A stretch of DNA of 64,000 bases from an uncultured Pseudomonadota bacterium (GCA_902771695.1 CACXXP010000008.1:1886-65885), one strand, 5' to 3'; numbered from the stretch's first letter, positions 26,865-36,858 are shown. A program made the numbers and translations. The notes: generated by a model not told the origin, from the sequence alone.

Positions 26865-27377
26865 ATGAATCAGGCCAAGAAAGATTTTTATAAAAACGCA
26901 ACCCAAAATTTGTTATCGCAAATTACCAAAATGGGTTTGTCATCTCAAGACACGCAGAAGGCCGTATTTTATACAAAACTTTTTCGCGAAGCGTTTACAT
27001 ACGACGAGATTAAACAATATACATTTATAGAACCAGGTGCAGACATATGGGATTTGGGTTATGATTCCGCCGGTTTTTGCCGTATTGCCAGCACCGTCTT
27101 TTCAATTGCGTTGGGATTTAACGATTGGAAACTTATGAAGGTGGATGCAGACCAATGGGACGGCAACGCATCACATCACTATTTAAAGCATATCCCAAGT
27201 GGCCAATTCTTTGATTTAACCTATGACCAATTCGCAATTTCTGGGATGAATGTTCCATATGAAATCGGCAAACCCGCCGCATACAGATTATACCCAAATA
27301 ATGACATCATGCGTTTTGCCAATGCATTAAGCATTGATATTATCGGCATGTTAAAAAACCAAGACAAAAGACAATAA
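26865..27377 (+). CDS. Hypothetical protein (170 aa)
   Basis: ORF trimmed to the first Met after the tsaD stop (an ATG at 26853 is also possible); no recognised motif. Confidence 0.5.
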   Translation: MNQAKKDFYKNATQNLLSQITKMGLSSQDTQKAVFYTKLFREAFTYDEIKQYTFIEPGADIWDLGYDSAGFCRIASTVFSIALGFNDWKLMKVDADQWDGNASHHYLKHIPSGQFFDLTYDQFAISGMNVPYEIGKPAAYRLYPNNDIMRFANALSIDIIGMLKNQDKRQ

Positions 27378-27380
27378 ATA

Positions 27381-28619
27381 ATGTTACCAACACCAGAACC
27401 TTTTGTTAAACCTGATATGATTTTTTCGGTTTCAGATGCATCCGCATTATTGAAAAAAGTTGTAGAAACCGCGTTTCCAGTTATTAAAATTCGTGGTGAA
27501 TTATCACAGATTACGCGTGCGACATCGGGTCATATGTATATGACAATCAAAGACGCAAATGCCGCGATGTCTGTGATTATATGGCGTGGAACACCAATCA
27601 AATTTGCGTTAACCGATGGACTGGAGGTTATAATTACAGGGCGTCTTACCACCTATCCATCACGCAGTAATTATCAAATTGTTGCATCGGATATTGAAAT
27701 GGCGGGCGTTGGCGCGATTCTTAAGATGTTGGAAGAGCGCAAACAAAAATTGGCGCGCGAGGGATTATTTGATGCGTCGCGCAAGAAACCACTGCCCAAA
27801 TTACCAACAACCATTGGTGTCGTTACCAGTCCAACCGGTGCCGCGTTTCAAGATATACAAAACCGCCTGCGTGAACGTTTCCCTGTGCATGTTATATTAT
27901 ATCCTGCAACGGTCCAAGGGACAACCGCCGCCGCGGAAGTCGCCGCCGGTGTAGAATATTTCAATCGCGCAAAAAATGTTGATGTAATCATCGTTGCACG
28001 TGGTGGTGGTTCATTAGAGGATTTATTGCCTTTTTCCGAAGAAATCGTTGTACGCGCCGTTGCAAACAGTCAAATTCCCGTTATAACCGGCGTCGGGCAC
28101 GAACCTGATTGGATGCTGGTTGATTTTGCGGCCGATTATCGTGCCCCGACTCCAACCGGTGCCGCAGAAGCTGTTGTTCCAACCAAAATATCACTGATTC
28201 AAGAATTGGATAACCTGGGACATCGGTTGTCGTCCGCATTTACTGTGCGGGTACAAAATATGCGCACACGAATTGAAAATATAAATATAAAAAGCCCGCA
28301 TCAAATGGTTATGGAACACGCGCAACGACTGGATGATATAACACGAACATTGGGTATTATCATAAATGCAAAAATGGCAAATGCGCACAGCAAAATGGAA
28401 ATTGTATCAAAAATGCCCGATATATTAACCAACAAGATGGCAATGTTGACACGCGCAGTGGAACACAGTGGTCAGATGCTGAATTCTTTGGGATACAAAA
28501 ATGTGTTGGCGCGTGGGTATGCTATTGCGCGCGGGGCGGACAACACAATTATTTCTTCGGCCGCAAAGGCAAACCAGGTTACCAGTATTGAATTTGCCGA
28601 TGGTATTGGCAACATATAA
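27381..28619 (+). CDS. xseA: Exodeoxyribonuclease VII large subunit
   Basis: OB-fold N-terminus (IKIRGELSQITRATSGHMYMTIKD), VVTSPTGAAFQDI and ARGGGSLEDL motifs. Confidence 0.9.
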   Translation: MLPTPEPFVKPDMIFSVSDASALLKKVVETAFPVIKIRGELSQITRATSGHMYMTIKDANAAMSVIIWRGTPIKFALTDGLEVIITGRLTTYPSRSNYQIVASDIEMAGVGAILKMLEERKQKLAREGLFDASRKKPLPKLPTTIGVVTSPTGAAFQDIQNRLRERFPVHVILYPATVQGTTAAAEVAAGVEYFNRAKNVDVIIVARGGGSLEDLLPFSEEIVVRAVANSQIPVITGVGHEPDWMLVDFAADYRAPTPTGAAEAVVPTKISLIQELDNLGHRLSSAFTVRVQNMRTRIENINIKSPHQMVMEHAQRLDDITRTLGIIINAKMANAHSKMEIVSKMPDILTNKMAMLTRAVEHSGQMLNSLGYKNVLARGYAIARGADNTIISSAAKANQVTSIEFADGIGNI

Positions 28620-28679
28620 TAAATTGACTTTACGTTTTTTTACGATAAAATCCATGTAATTCAAGGCGAGGAATTATAG

Positions 28680-29018
28680 ATGAGCAAGAAATCAAAAAGA
28701 ATAAAATCTGAACTGATACAGATTTTGCAATCTCCGGACATACATATAAGATATACGGATTTAAGCCAATACGCAACTAAACCTGACGCTTGTTATTTTG
28801 TAGACCAAGGCATAACGTGTAAATTCGAAATGAATATAGAACCCAAAAGATTTGGAATATCAGCTTACACAATAATCATGGAAAATGGCGATAAATTTTC
28901 ATGCCTTGCACGACCAAATGCAGTGTTTTTCCATCGCCCAGTTGCAGATGACATTTTGGAAGTATATCGCACATTAAAGTTGCGACATTTAATACAAAAC
29001 TCACAAAAAAGAAAATAA
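28680..29018 (+). CDS. Hypothetical protein (112 aa)
   Basis: GAGGAA SD; no recognised motif; convergent with recN. Confidence 0.45.
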   Translation: MSKKSKRIKSELIQILQSPDIHIRYTDLSQYATKPDACYFVDQGITCKFEMNIEPKRFGISAYTIIMENGDKFSCLARPNAVFFHRPVADDILEVYRTLKLRHLIQNSQKRK

Positions 29019-29024
29019 TAAATT

Positions 29025-30677
29025 TTACTTTATCAGTGTTTTGGCGGTGGCCAATGATTCTGGGGTTATTTTTGCACCACTGATTATACGCGCAATTTCA
29101 TTTAACCGATCTTCACCTGTTATTTCATGAACGTTTGTTGTTGTAATTTCGCCGTTGGATGTCTTTTCTATCTTGAAATGTTTATCGGCAAAACCTGCGA
29201 CTTGGGCTGAATGCGTTATAACCAATGCCTGGGAACCCGCGGCCAGACGATTTAACCGATTGCCAACCGCACTGGCGGTGGCACCGCTGATACCGGTATC
29301 AACTTCATCAAAAATGAATGTGTGGGCGGTATTTTCGCCCGCCAACACAACACGCAATGCCAACATCAAACGCGCCAATTCACCCCCAGATGCTGATTTA
29401 TGCAACGGTGCAAACGGCATACCCGGATTGGTTTTTATCATAAAAGTTATATCATCGTGTCCCGTTGCACCCGGCGATGTTTCACCAATTTCAACACTAA
29501 AATCAGCATTACCGAGTTTTAAATCTGGTAATTCACGCAGTATTTGTGTTCGTAATTCTGTCGCCGCCGTCATGCGTTCATTTGTTAATTTTTTTGCCAA
29601 CGTATCATAGTGTTGCTTTGATTTTATAACATCTGACTTTAATTTTTTTAATTCCGCATCAGAATTGTTTATTGTATTTAATGCGACTTCCATTTCCGCC
29701 AATTTGTTTGGCAATTCATCTGCAACCACATGATGTTTTCGCGCCACCGCACGTATTGCAAATAACCGTTCTTCAATAGAATCAACCGTGTCGGTATCTA
29801 TGTCATCAGGCGCAATTTGCCCCGCAACATTTGCAACCATCTCTGCCGCGTTATACAGTGCATCTATTTGTTCCGAATACGGATTTGGATCGGTCTTGAT
29901 ACGTTCCAAAATATGCGCAACCGCAAATATCTGCGCATCCAATGTATCGCCACCCCGGCCCATCGCTGCAACCGCATCATTCAGTATAGTGGCATTTTTC
30001 TGGGCATTTATAATATCTGTGCGCCGGTCAGACAGTTCTTGTTCTTCCCCAGGTTTTACATTTAATGCACGTAATTCCGCAACATTATGTTCCAGAAATT
30101 CTTGTTCCATTGCAGATTTGGCAAGAAAATCTTGCACTTCATCCAACCTGACCAATGCGGAATTGTATGTATGGTATGCATCGCGCACATTTTTCAATAA
30201 ATCATCAAATCCGGCAATATTCTTGGTCGCGAAATCATCCAACGCATTACGATGCATTGCCGGGTTTAATAATGCATGATTGGCAAATTGCCCATGAACC
30301 TCTACCAATTCATCGCCAATCACTTTTAATGTCTTAACAGATACCGGTGTATCATTGACCCATGCACGACTTTTACCATCGGTTCCCAATGTTCGCCGCA
30401 AGACCAACATACCATCTTCATTTTCAATACCATATTCGTTCATAATACCGGTAACAGCATCATTGATCGTATCAAATTCAGCAATCACGGTCGCCATATC
30501 AGTTCCATGACGAACCAATCCGGCATCTGCCCGCCCACCAAGTGCCAAGGATAACGCGTCCAGCAATATACTTTTGCCCGCCCCGGTTTCACCGGTTAAA
30601 ATATTTAATCCTGCACCAAATTCAAGATTTAGTTTATCTATTAATACAACATTAGAAATATGCAAACACGTTAACAT
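29025..30677 (-). CDS. recN: DNA repair protein RecN
   Basis: GETGAGKSILLDAL Walker A, SGGELARLMLAL signature and FDEVDTGISG Walker B. Confidence 0.93.
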   Translation of the reverse strand: MLTCLHISNVVLIDKLNLEFGAGLNILTGETGAGKSILLDALSLALGGRADAGLVRHGTDMATVIAEFDTINDAVTGIMNEYGIENEDGMLVLRRTLGTDGKSRAWVNDTPVSVKTLKVIGDELVEVHGQFANHALLNPAMHRNALDDFATKNIAGFDDLLKNVRDAYHTYNSALVRLDEVQDFLAKSAMEQEFLEHNVAELRALNVKPGEEQELSDRRTDIINAQKNATILNDAVAAMGRGGDTLDAQIFAVAHILERIKTDPNPYSEQIDALYNAAEMVANVAGQIAPDDIDTDTVDSIEERLFAIRAVARKHHVVADELPNKLAEMEVALNTINNSDAELKKLKSDVIKSKQHYDTLAKKLTNERMTAATELRTQILRELPDLKLGNADFSVEIGETSPGATGHDDITFMIKTNPGMPFAPLHKSASGGELARLMLALRVVLAGENTAHTFIFDEVDTGISGATASAVGNRLNRLAAGSQALVITHSAQVAGFADKHFKIEKTSNGEITTTNVHEITGEDRLNEIARIISGAKITPESLATAKTLIK

Positions 30678-30695
30678 GTCGGTATTATGACCCTT

Positions 30696-31145
30696 TTATA
30701 TCACATTTTCCAGTGTAAAATCATTGGTCCACAATATCTTGCACGCGACAGAATACCCCGGATATACATCTGCAAGCAATCGGCGATATTCCGCCAATTG
30801 TTCAATATATTTCTGATAAAAACGTTCTTTATCTATATCTGTCTTGTAATCTATAACCACTATTGTTTTTGTATTGTGGTTTATGTACAGACGATCTATT
30901 CTGCGACTTAGAAACCGACCGTCCAGGTATCCCGCAATTGGAACCTCGGTTCGTGAAAGCGGCCCCATGTATTCGACCAATTCTTTATTTTGCGCAATCC
31001 GGTCAGCAATATCGGCATCACCCGTTGCATATCCGGCCTTATCAAAAAATATATGCTGCATACGCGCATGCATCGCTGTCCCAGACATCGTGGCATAATC
31101 TTGACGCAATTTATCATTGATTAAATCCGTTATTTTATTTGCCAT
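30696..31145 (-). CDS. PD-(D/E)XK nuclease domain corresponding to the AddA C-terminus, encoded as a separate 149-aa ORF
   Basis: GTAMHARMQHI ... RRIDRLYI ... IVVIDYKTD ... QLAEYRRLL (RecB-family nuclease motifs). The ATG overlaps the helicase ORF stop by 11 nt in another frame. Confidence 0.7.
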   Translation of the reverse strand: MANKITDLINDKLRQDYATMSGTAMHARMQHIFFDKAGYATGDADIADRIAQNKELVEYMGPLSRTEVPIAGYLDGRFLSRRIDRLYINHNTKTIVVIDYKTDIDKERFYQKYIEQLAEYRRLLADVYPGYSVACKILWTNDFTLENVI

Positions 31146-33648
31146 AGTTATCTATCCTTATTTTGTCTTCATCAACATATACATCATCGCGTTTGGATAA
31201 CACATCCCACAACATTCCATGCCACGACAATTCAGGTGCCGCTTTATTTGTGGTAAACCCGTAAACATAGAGTTCATCACGCGCACGTGTCATTGCAACA
31301 TATAACAAACGAAAACTTTCTTCTATGGTCTTGCGCATGCCTAAATTCTGTAATTCGCTAAATTCTTCGCTTTCTTCCTCTGTTTTTGAAGGCGTCCATA
31401 CCCATACTGGGTAATCTGGATTATCAGTTTCAATATCATAAAACTTATCTACCTTTGGTGTGACGGTCGTATCTATTAAAAACACAACTGGTGATTGCAG
31501 ACCTTTACTGCCGTGAACCGTGACAATACGTACGCCATCGCCCGCATCCATATCACGTTTAACTTCACTGGCACTGGTTATAAACCATTTAAGGAAATGT
31601 CGTAATGTGCCTGGACGCGTTCTTTCATACGCAAGACACATCGTTAAAAATTCTTCTATGGGGTCTATGATTTGTGTTCCAAGTGCCGCAATCATATTTT
31701 CGCGTATGTTGTAATGATCCAAGACATACATAAAAAAGGTGTATGGGCCCGCAACATTGTACTGGTTCATAAAATCAATCAACACATTATAAACATCCGG
31801 ACGCATTGTCTTAACAAATTCCCATACTGTCCGCCGTGGCGCATTCTTATCGGTACGACGCAACCGTTCTGTTTCAGCATTGCGCGCAGCACAAATGTTA
31901 TAAACATCAGAATCTGTTAACGCAAACATTGGACTTTTCAACACGCATGCCAAACTGTAATCGTCATCGTTATTTATACAGAACCTTAATAAATTCATCA
32001 AATCGCGCACAACCGGAAATTCAGGCAAAACAACACGGTCACTGCCCGCGACAGATATTCCACGGTGTTTCAATTCATTTGCCATCATCGTAACCAATTG
32101 ACTGCGCCGTTGCACCAGAATCATTATATCGCATGGGCTACGCCGGCCAGTTTTAACCATATTTTCTATTTTATCAGCAATTTCTGAAATATATTGGCGA
32201 CGCATCAAAGTCGTATCGCCGTCGGCAGATGATAATAATTTATGTACCTCAACCGCCCCGGTATCCCCAATCCGAAAACACTTATGTGGATTGTTTATAA
32301 AACCTGTTTTTTCAATCACAAACGCATCACCAAAAAACATATCAACCGTATCTAATATGGGCTTTACGGACCGAAAATTTTGGGTTAATGCCGGCTCACC
32401 AATTTGTCGTGCATTGTTTTTGATATAAGACGCTATTTTATCACGACTGGCTGCAAAAGCATTTGGGTCGGCACCTTGGAATCCGTATATAGATTGTTTG
32501 GTATCACCAACAACGAACAAAGATCGTGGCAACCCTTGGCGATCGCCTTCGGCAAAGAAATCGCCCGCCAACATTTGCAATATTTCCCATTGAATTGGTC
32601 CGGTATCTTGGGCTTCGTCCACCAATATATGCGACAAAGATAAATCCATTTGTGATAAAACCCACCCCATTGTTTCTGGATTAGAAAACAATCGGTGCGT
32701 ATATAAAATCAAATCTTCAAAATCCAAGACATTATGTGACTGTTTTAATTCTTGATACGTTTTCGCAAATGCCGCAGCCAAATCAAAAAGTGCGATTGTA
32801 TCATCGTAAATTTTTTTATTTATCAGATAGTCATTGTATTCACGCACACGATTTATTTCGCCAATCAGATAATCGTAATTCAATCCCCGTTTTACATTAC
32901 CATTTGCACAAAGATAGCAATTTTTATATTTAGAAAAATCTATAGTTTTTTCAATAAATTGTTTTATACAATTAACAGCATCTATTAATGCCTTGGTTGG
33001 TTTTTTCTCGGTTTCGGCACATAAAACTATGTTTTGCATATTATTGCGGTCAAAATACCAGTTTTTTTCAGGACCAAGATTTAGTTTTTTCTTAATTGTT
33101 TCAATAAAATATTTGCGATAGTTAACAAAATCATTTGCCCGGAAAAAGTTTTTATATTGCTTTTCTATATTTTCCAATAAATCAGCAAATTTATACTCTG
33201 AAACGACACCGATAATATGTTCAAACGCATTAATCGTATTTGAATCCAATGTTGTTGAATTAACAACCTGCTCTAATGCGCTATGTAATAAAACTTTTTG
33301 GGGCGCATCAGATATCAAAGACCAAGACGGAGATATGCCGGCTTCGGTCGGAAAACGATGTAAGATTTCTTCGCAAAAACCATGTATGGTTTTAATCTTT
33401 AATATTTCTGGACTATCAATATACCGAAAGAAAATAGCGCGTGCATGTTTAATATCTGCATCAGTTGGAATAGAATTTGTTGTTATGCCACATAATAATT
33501 CACGTAATTCATCATCCGATGCCATGGCCCAACCGCGCAATGCCGCCAAAATACGATTGCGCATTTCGCCCGCGGCTGCATTGGTATATGTCAAACACAA
33601 TATTCCGCCCATATCATCTTTGCTGCGTATTTGTTGGTTCTGCAACAA
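31135..33648 (-). CDS. addA: AddA/UvrD-family helicase body lacking the Walker A N-terminus (probably a decaying addA)
   Basis: Motifs Ia (ILCLTYTNAAAGEM), II (VDEAQDT), III (VGDTKQSIYGFQGA) and VI (VAMTRARDEL) are present. No GxGKT/S anywhere. The ORF opens only 12 codons before motif Ia. Confidence 0.65.
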   Translation of the reverse strand: MLQNQQIRSKDDMGGILCLTYTNAAAGEMRNRILAALRGWAMASDDELRELLCGITTNSIPTDADIKHARAIFFRYIDSPEILKIKTIHGFCEEILHRFPTEAGISPSWSLISDAPQKVLLHSALEQVVNSTTLDSNTINAFEHIIGVVSEYKFADLLENIEKQYKNFFRANDFVNYRKYFIETIKKKLNLGPEKNWYFDRNNMQNIVLCAETEKKPTKALIDAVNCIKQFIEKTIDFSKYKNCYLCANGNVKRGLNYDYLIGEINRVREYNDYLINKKIYDDTIALFDLAAAFAKTYQELKQSHNVLDFEDLILYTHRLFSNPETMGWVLSQMDLSLSHILVDEAQDTGPIQWEILQMLAGDFFAEGDRQGLPRSLFVVGDTKQSIYGFQGADPNAFAASRDKIASYIKNNARQIGEPALTQNFRSVKPILDTVDMFFGDAFVIEKTGFINNPHKCFRIGDTGAVEVHKLLSSADGDTTLMRRQYISEIADKIENMVKTGRRSPCDIMILVQRRSQLVTMMANELKHRGISVAGSDRVVLPEFPVVRDLMNLLRFCINNDDDYSLACVLKSPMFALTDSDVYNICAARNAETERLRRTDKNAPRRTVWEFVKTMRPDVYNVLIDFMNQYNVAGPYTFFMYVLDHYNIRENMIAALGTQIIDPIEEFLTMCLAYERTRPGTLRHFLKWFITSASEVKRDMDAGDGVRIVTVHGSKGLQSPVVFLIDTTVTPKVDKFYDIETDNPDYPVWVWTPSKTEEESEEFSELQNLGMRKTIEESFRLLYVAMTRARDELYVYGFTTNKAAPELSWHGMLWDVLSKRDDVYVDEDKIRIDNYGK

Positions 33649-33685
33649 TTTCTTGTTCGGGTGAAAGTTGTGCTTTTTTTATCAT
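33614..33685 (-). pseudogene. Orphan 23-codon remnant of the original addA start
   Basis: AAGGA SD + ATG, MIKKAQLSPEQEIVAEPTNTQQR*, in a different frame and overlapping the first codons of the helicase ORF. Confidence 0.4.
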
Positions 33686-33774
33686 TTATGTCCTTGCTTT
33701 ATTCTGCAAATTCTAGTATAAAAGTATAAGAACTGCAAGAGATATATCTGTAACGCTTTCTATGGGGGGTTAAA

Positions 33775-35700
33775 ATGGATTTTAATAACACAGTACTTAT
33801 CATTTCCGCTTGTTTCGGCGGTATTTTATTTGTTTTGTTGATTGCTTTATATTTCATATCACGCAAATCACAACGTGTTATGCAATCTATGATTGATATC
33901 ATTACGGCCCCGAATCGTGCCCGCATCCAAGACGCATCACGCGTGTTGCAAACAATCATGGCTGATGAAATCAAAAAAATTTCTGATTGTTTCCAAACAA
34001 TGCACACAACGTTACGAACGCAAATTGTTGCCGCAGATGAACTGCGCGAAAAATTGGGAACACAAAACGAAGAATTGGTAAAAATTGCCAACGAAGCGGT
34101 TGCGCGCGTTGCGCAAATGTCTGGGCGTATAGATAATACTGTATCGGGTTTGCGCGAAATTGTAAATTCTGAATCATGGACCGATGTCACAAATGCCACA
34201 GACCGTTTTGCAAGCACTGTTGAAAATACATTAACACAGATTACAAACACGACCACAGATTCCACAAATAAAATAACCCAAATGGACGCCAGCATAGAAA
34301 AATGGACCGAAACCAGTGAAAAACTGACCGATGTATTGCAAAAATCTATTGACGATAATGCCGAACATTTTACCAAGATGGCAAATGAATCCGAAACCAT
34401 TCAAGAACGCATTTCAGAACTTGCAAAAAATACTACCGATGGGTTTTCCGCAATCAAAGATACCGCATCAAATTATGAAGACGTATTAAAGGATAATAAT
34501 AAAATCATCAGTTCGTATCTCGCCAAACTTGATTCATTTGATAAACAAAGTAAGAAGCAATTAACCACACAATCAACAACTCTGACAAATACTGCCAATT
34601 TGTTAAGCGCCCAGGTTCTTATTACAGAATCCGCAATTGAAAAACAGGTACGGAAATTGAAAGACGCCGTTGAAACTGTTATTACCAGTGCAACCGAAAC
34701 AGAAAGCGCCGTCCGGGGCATATCCACAGAATTGTCTGGTCTAACCAATCACTTTGAAACAGAAATCAAAGATTTTGCAACCGATGTTGTTTCTGAACTA
34801 AAGACAGTATCTGGGGTTGCAGACACGACATTAAAGGATACAAAGACATCTGCGAACGCATTCTCGGAATCTGTCAAGGCAATGGCAACAGGTGTTCGTG
34901 AAACACTGATTGAAATGAATACGGCACACACACAATTGGCCGGTCAATCCGAAGGGTTGATAAAGATGACAACGGATACAACCGCGCAATTAAAGCCATT
35001 ATCTGAACTGATTGAAAAATACTATGTTGCCCTGCCCGATTTGGTTAAAACATCGGGTGATGCCGGAACATCGTTGGCACAAATTGTATCTGAACTGGAC
35101 AACAAGATTGCCGGCATTCGTGCAACCGTTGAAGAATCATCGGTATCGGTATCTGAATCTGCGGCGAAACTGGACAGCCTGGCCGGACAATCGCGTCAGC
35201 AAATGATAGATTTGATGGCCGATTATGCCAAGGCCGTCGAAACCATGCAGACATTGAATAAACAAATGATGGTTGCACGTGCGGCTGCACCAATGGATGC
35301 AATTGGCACCGTTCCAACCACCGCCCCCCGTGTCAGCAGTCGCGATTTTGTCGCCCAATCAACACATGAATTCGACAAGATGTATGAACAAACATTGGAT
35401 TTAACACGTGCAATGGGATCCGACATTCCTGACGTTGTATGGAAAAAATATCATGATGGCGACAAAACAATATTCGCAAAATGGATGGCAAAAATGGTCC
35501 GTGCGGCCGACAAAAAACAAATTCGCGATTTAATCAAATCTGATTCTGTGTTTAATTCCCAGGCAACACAGTTCGTCCGCAGTTTCGACAAGATTATGAC
35601 AGCGGCGAAACAAACCGATACACCAGATAAATTGGCGGCGGCGTTATTGAAAACCGATTTGGGAATAATTTATTCCGCATTGGCACCGCAAATACAATAA
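33775..35700 (+). CDS. Membrane-anchored coiled-coil protein (641 aa)
   Basis: N-terminal TM (VLIISACFGGILFVLLIALYFI), ~450 aa of Thr/Ser/Glu/Lys-rich heptad-like sequence, and a distinct C-terminal globular region (DVVWKKYHDGDKTIFAKWMAKMV...). Confidence 0.7.
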   Translation: MDFNNTVLIISACFGGILFVLLIALYFISRKSQRVMQSMIDIITAPNRARIQDASRVLQTIMADEIKKISDCFQTMHTTLRTQIVAADELREKLGTQNEELVKIANEAVARVAQMSGRIDNTVSGLREIVNSESWTDVTNATDRFASTVENTLTQITNTTTDSTNKITQMDASIEKWTETSEKLTDVLQKSIDDNAEHFTKMANESETIQERISELAKNTTDGFSAIKDTASNYEDVLKDNNKIISSYLAKLDSFDKQSKKQLTTQSTTLTNTANLLSAQVLITESAIEKQVRKLKDAVETVITSATETESAVRGISTELSGLTNHFETEIKDFATDVVSELKTVSGVADTTLKDTKTSANAFSESVKAMATGVRETLIEMNTAHTQLAGQSEGLIKMTTDTTAQLKPLSELIEKYYVALPDLVKTSGDAGTSLAQIVSELDNKIAGIRATVEESSVSVSESAAKLDSLAGQSRQQMIDLMADYAKAVETMQTLNKQMMVARAAAPMDAIGTVPTTAPRVSSRDFVAQSTHEFDKMYEQTLDLTRAMGSDIPDVVWKKYHDGDKTIFAKWMAKMVRAADKKQIRDLIKSDSVFNSQATQFVRSFDKIMTAAKQTDTPDKLAAALLKTDLGIIYSALAPQIQ

Positions 35701-35730
35701 AAAATTTACTGTTTTTCGCTTCTTTACACT

Positions 35731-35751
35731 TGCACCGTTTGGTGCATTTTT
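35731..35751 (+). terminator. Rho-independent terminator after the coiled-coil gene
   Basis: TGCACC-GTTT-GGTGCA followed by TTTTT. It lies inside the ORF-track start of the next gene, which argues for a later start. Confidence 0.55.
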
Positions 35752-35774
35752 GCTATGATTTTTGTATAAGGGGA

Positions 35775-36854
35775 ATGAACGAAACTTCAAGCATTTGTAA
35801 CATGTTGAATCTTATGCGTTTTTTACGTGTGCCGATTGTTATTTGCATCGGCGTTCTTGGGTGTCTGAACACAGCCCCAGCTTTTGCATGCACAAGTGAT
35901 GAATTGACCTTGGATGATGGTTCCTGTGTCCCAGTTCAGTTTACGATGTATATCGCTCCAAAATCTGATGACGAAGACCAGTTTGAATTTCAATTCAACT
36001 TTACAGCATACGGCACAATGTATATTGATTGGGGTGACGGTAGCAAGGTTCAAGAAATTACAACAAATAATGCCAATAAGTATCGTAATGCGAATCATAT
36101 ATTTTATGGCCCCAGTACTGTGCGACTTAGTGGCGATTTTACAGAATATTATAAGAAATCTAGTCATAGTGCTAGCTATGCTACGCTAAGGCTGTATGAC
36201 AATGATTATCTTGTCGGTATATCTGGCAGTTTGGGCGCCTTATTTCCAACCCAGGGTAACGGTTCACAGCCACAACAACAACCATCATTTTATCAAACCT
36301 TTGCAAATTGCAGTAATTTAAAGGGGCCCATACCACCAGAATTGTTTAACGGTATATCTGGAACTGCTCGGCAGTTCATGTTTACAGAAATGTTCTCGGG
36401 ATGTACAAATCTTAATGGTTATATACCATACAACCTGTTTCCCGATAGTAACACCCTAAGCGGCGTATCAAGTTCAAATATGAACTATATCTTTAATAAT
36501 GATCCAGCATTAGCAACGACATCTACCGGATGTCCAGAGGGAACGACACGGGTAACAGTTGGATACGAAAATTTTTGGAACAATCATATTGCCTGTAAAC
36601 CAGATGCAGTGGCATGTGACCATCCGTATAGTGGCGAATGCCCCGATTTGTGTCCCTTTGCCAGTGAATTAAAGGCCAGTAATGGGGCGTCTATTCCATT
36701 GTTTGCGGAACGCGTGACAACACACACACTGTGCGTAAAAAAGGATAACACAACTTGTTATATACCATTGGAAAACGGGATTGGCGGCACGGGCAGTCTT
36801 AATGTCAAAAACGGTAATGATATATATCATGCTGGACAAATAGATACTCTGTAG
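35775..36854 (+). CDS. Secreted repeat protein with F-x-x-C-(S/T)-N-L-x-G-x-I-P repeats (~359 aa; start uncertain: 35775, 35802 or 35814)
   Basis: Signal peptide LRVPIVICIGVLGCLNTAPAFA; FANCSNLKGPIPPELF / FSGCTNLNGYIPYNLF (BspA/DUF285-like LRR flavour); C-terminal tail similar to that of the 1018-aa protein. Confidence 0.6.
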   Translation: MNETSSICNMLNLMRFLRVPIVICIGVLGCLNTAPAFACTSDELTLDDGSCVPVQFTMYIAPKSDDEDQFEFQFNFTAYGTMYIDWGDGSKVQEITTNNANKYRNANHIFYGPSTVRLSGDFTEYYKKSSHSASYATLRLYDNDYLVGISGSLGALFPTQGNGSQPQQQPSFYQTFANCSNLKGPIPPELFNGISGTARQFMFTEMFSGCTNLNGYIPYNLFPDSNTLSGVSSSNMNYIFNNDPALATTSTGCPEGTTRVTVGYENFWNNHIACKPDAVACDHPYSGECPDLCPFASELKASNGASIPLFAERVTTHTLCVKKDNTTCYIPLENGIGGTGSLNVKNGNDIYHAGQIDTL

Positions 36855-36858
36855 CATA

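Noticed and set aside
29788-30279. 163-aa plus-strand ORF inside recN (and 29155..29610)
   Set aside because: It is antisense to an intact recN with all SMC-like motifs. It has no SD and is a shadow ORF.
33699-34400. 233-aa ORF antisense to the coiled-coil gene
   Set aside because: It lies entirely inside, and opposite to, a much longer ORF with a TM anchor and a plausible start. It has a low-complexity Ser/Val/Phe composition and no SD. It is a shadow ORF caused by codon bias.
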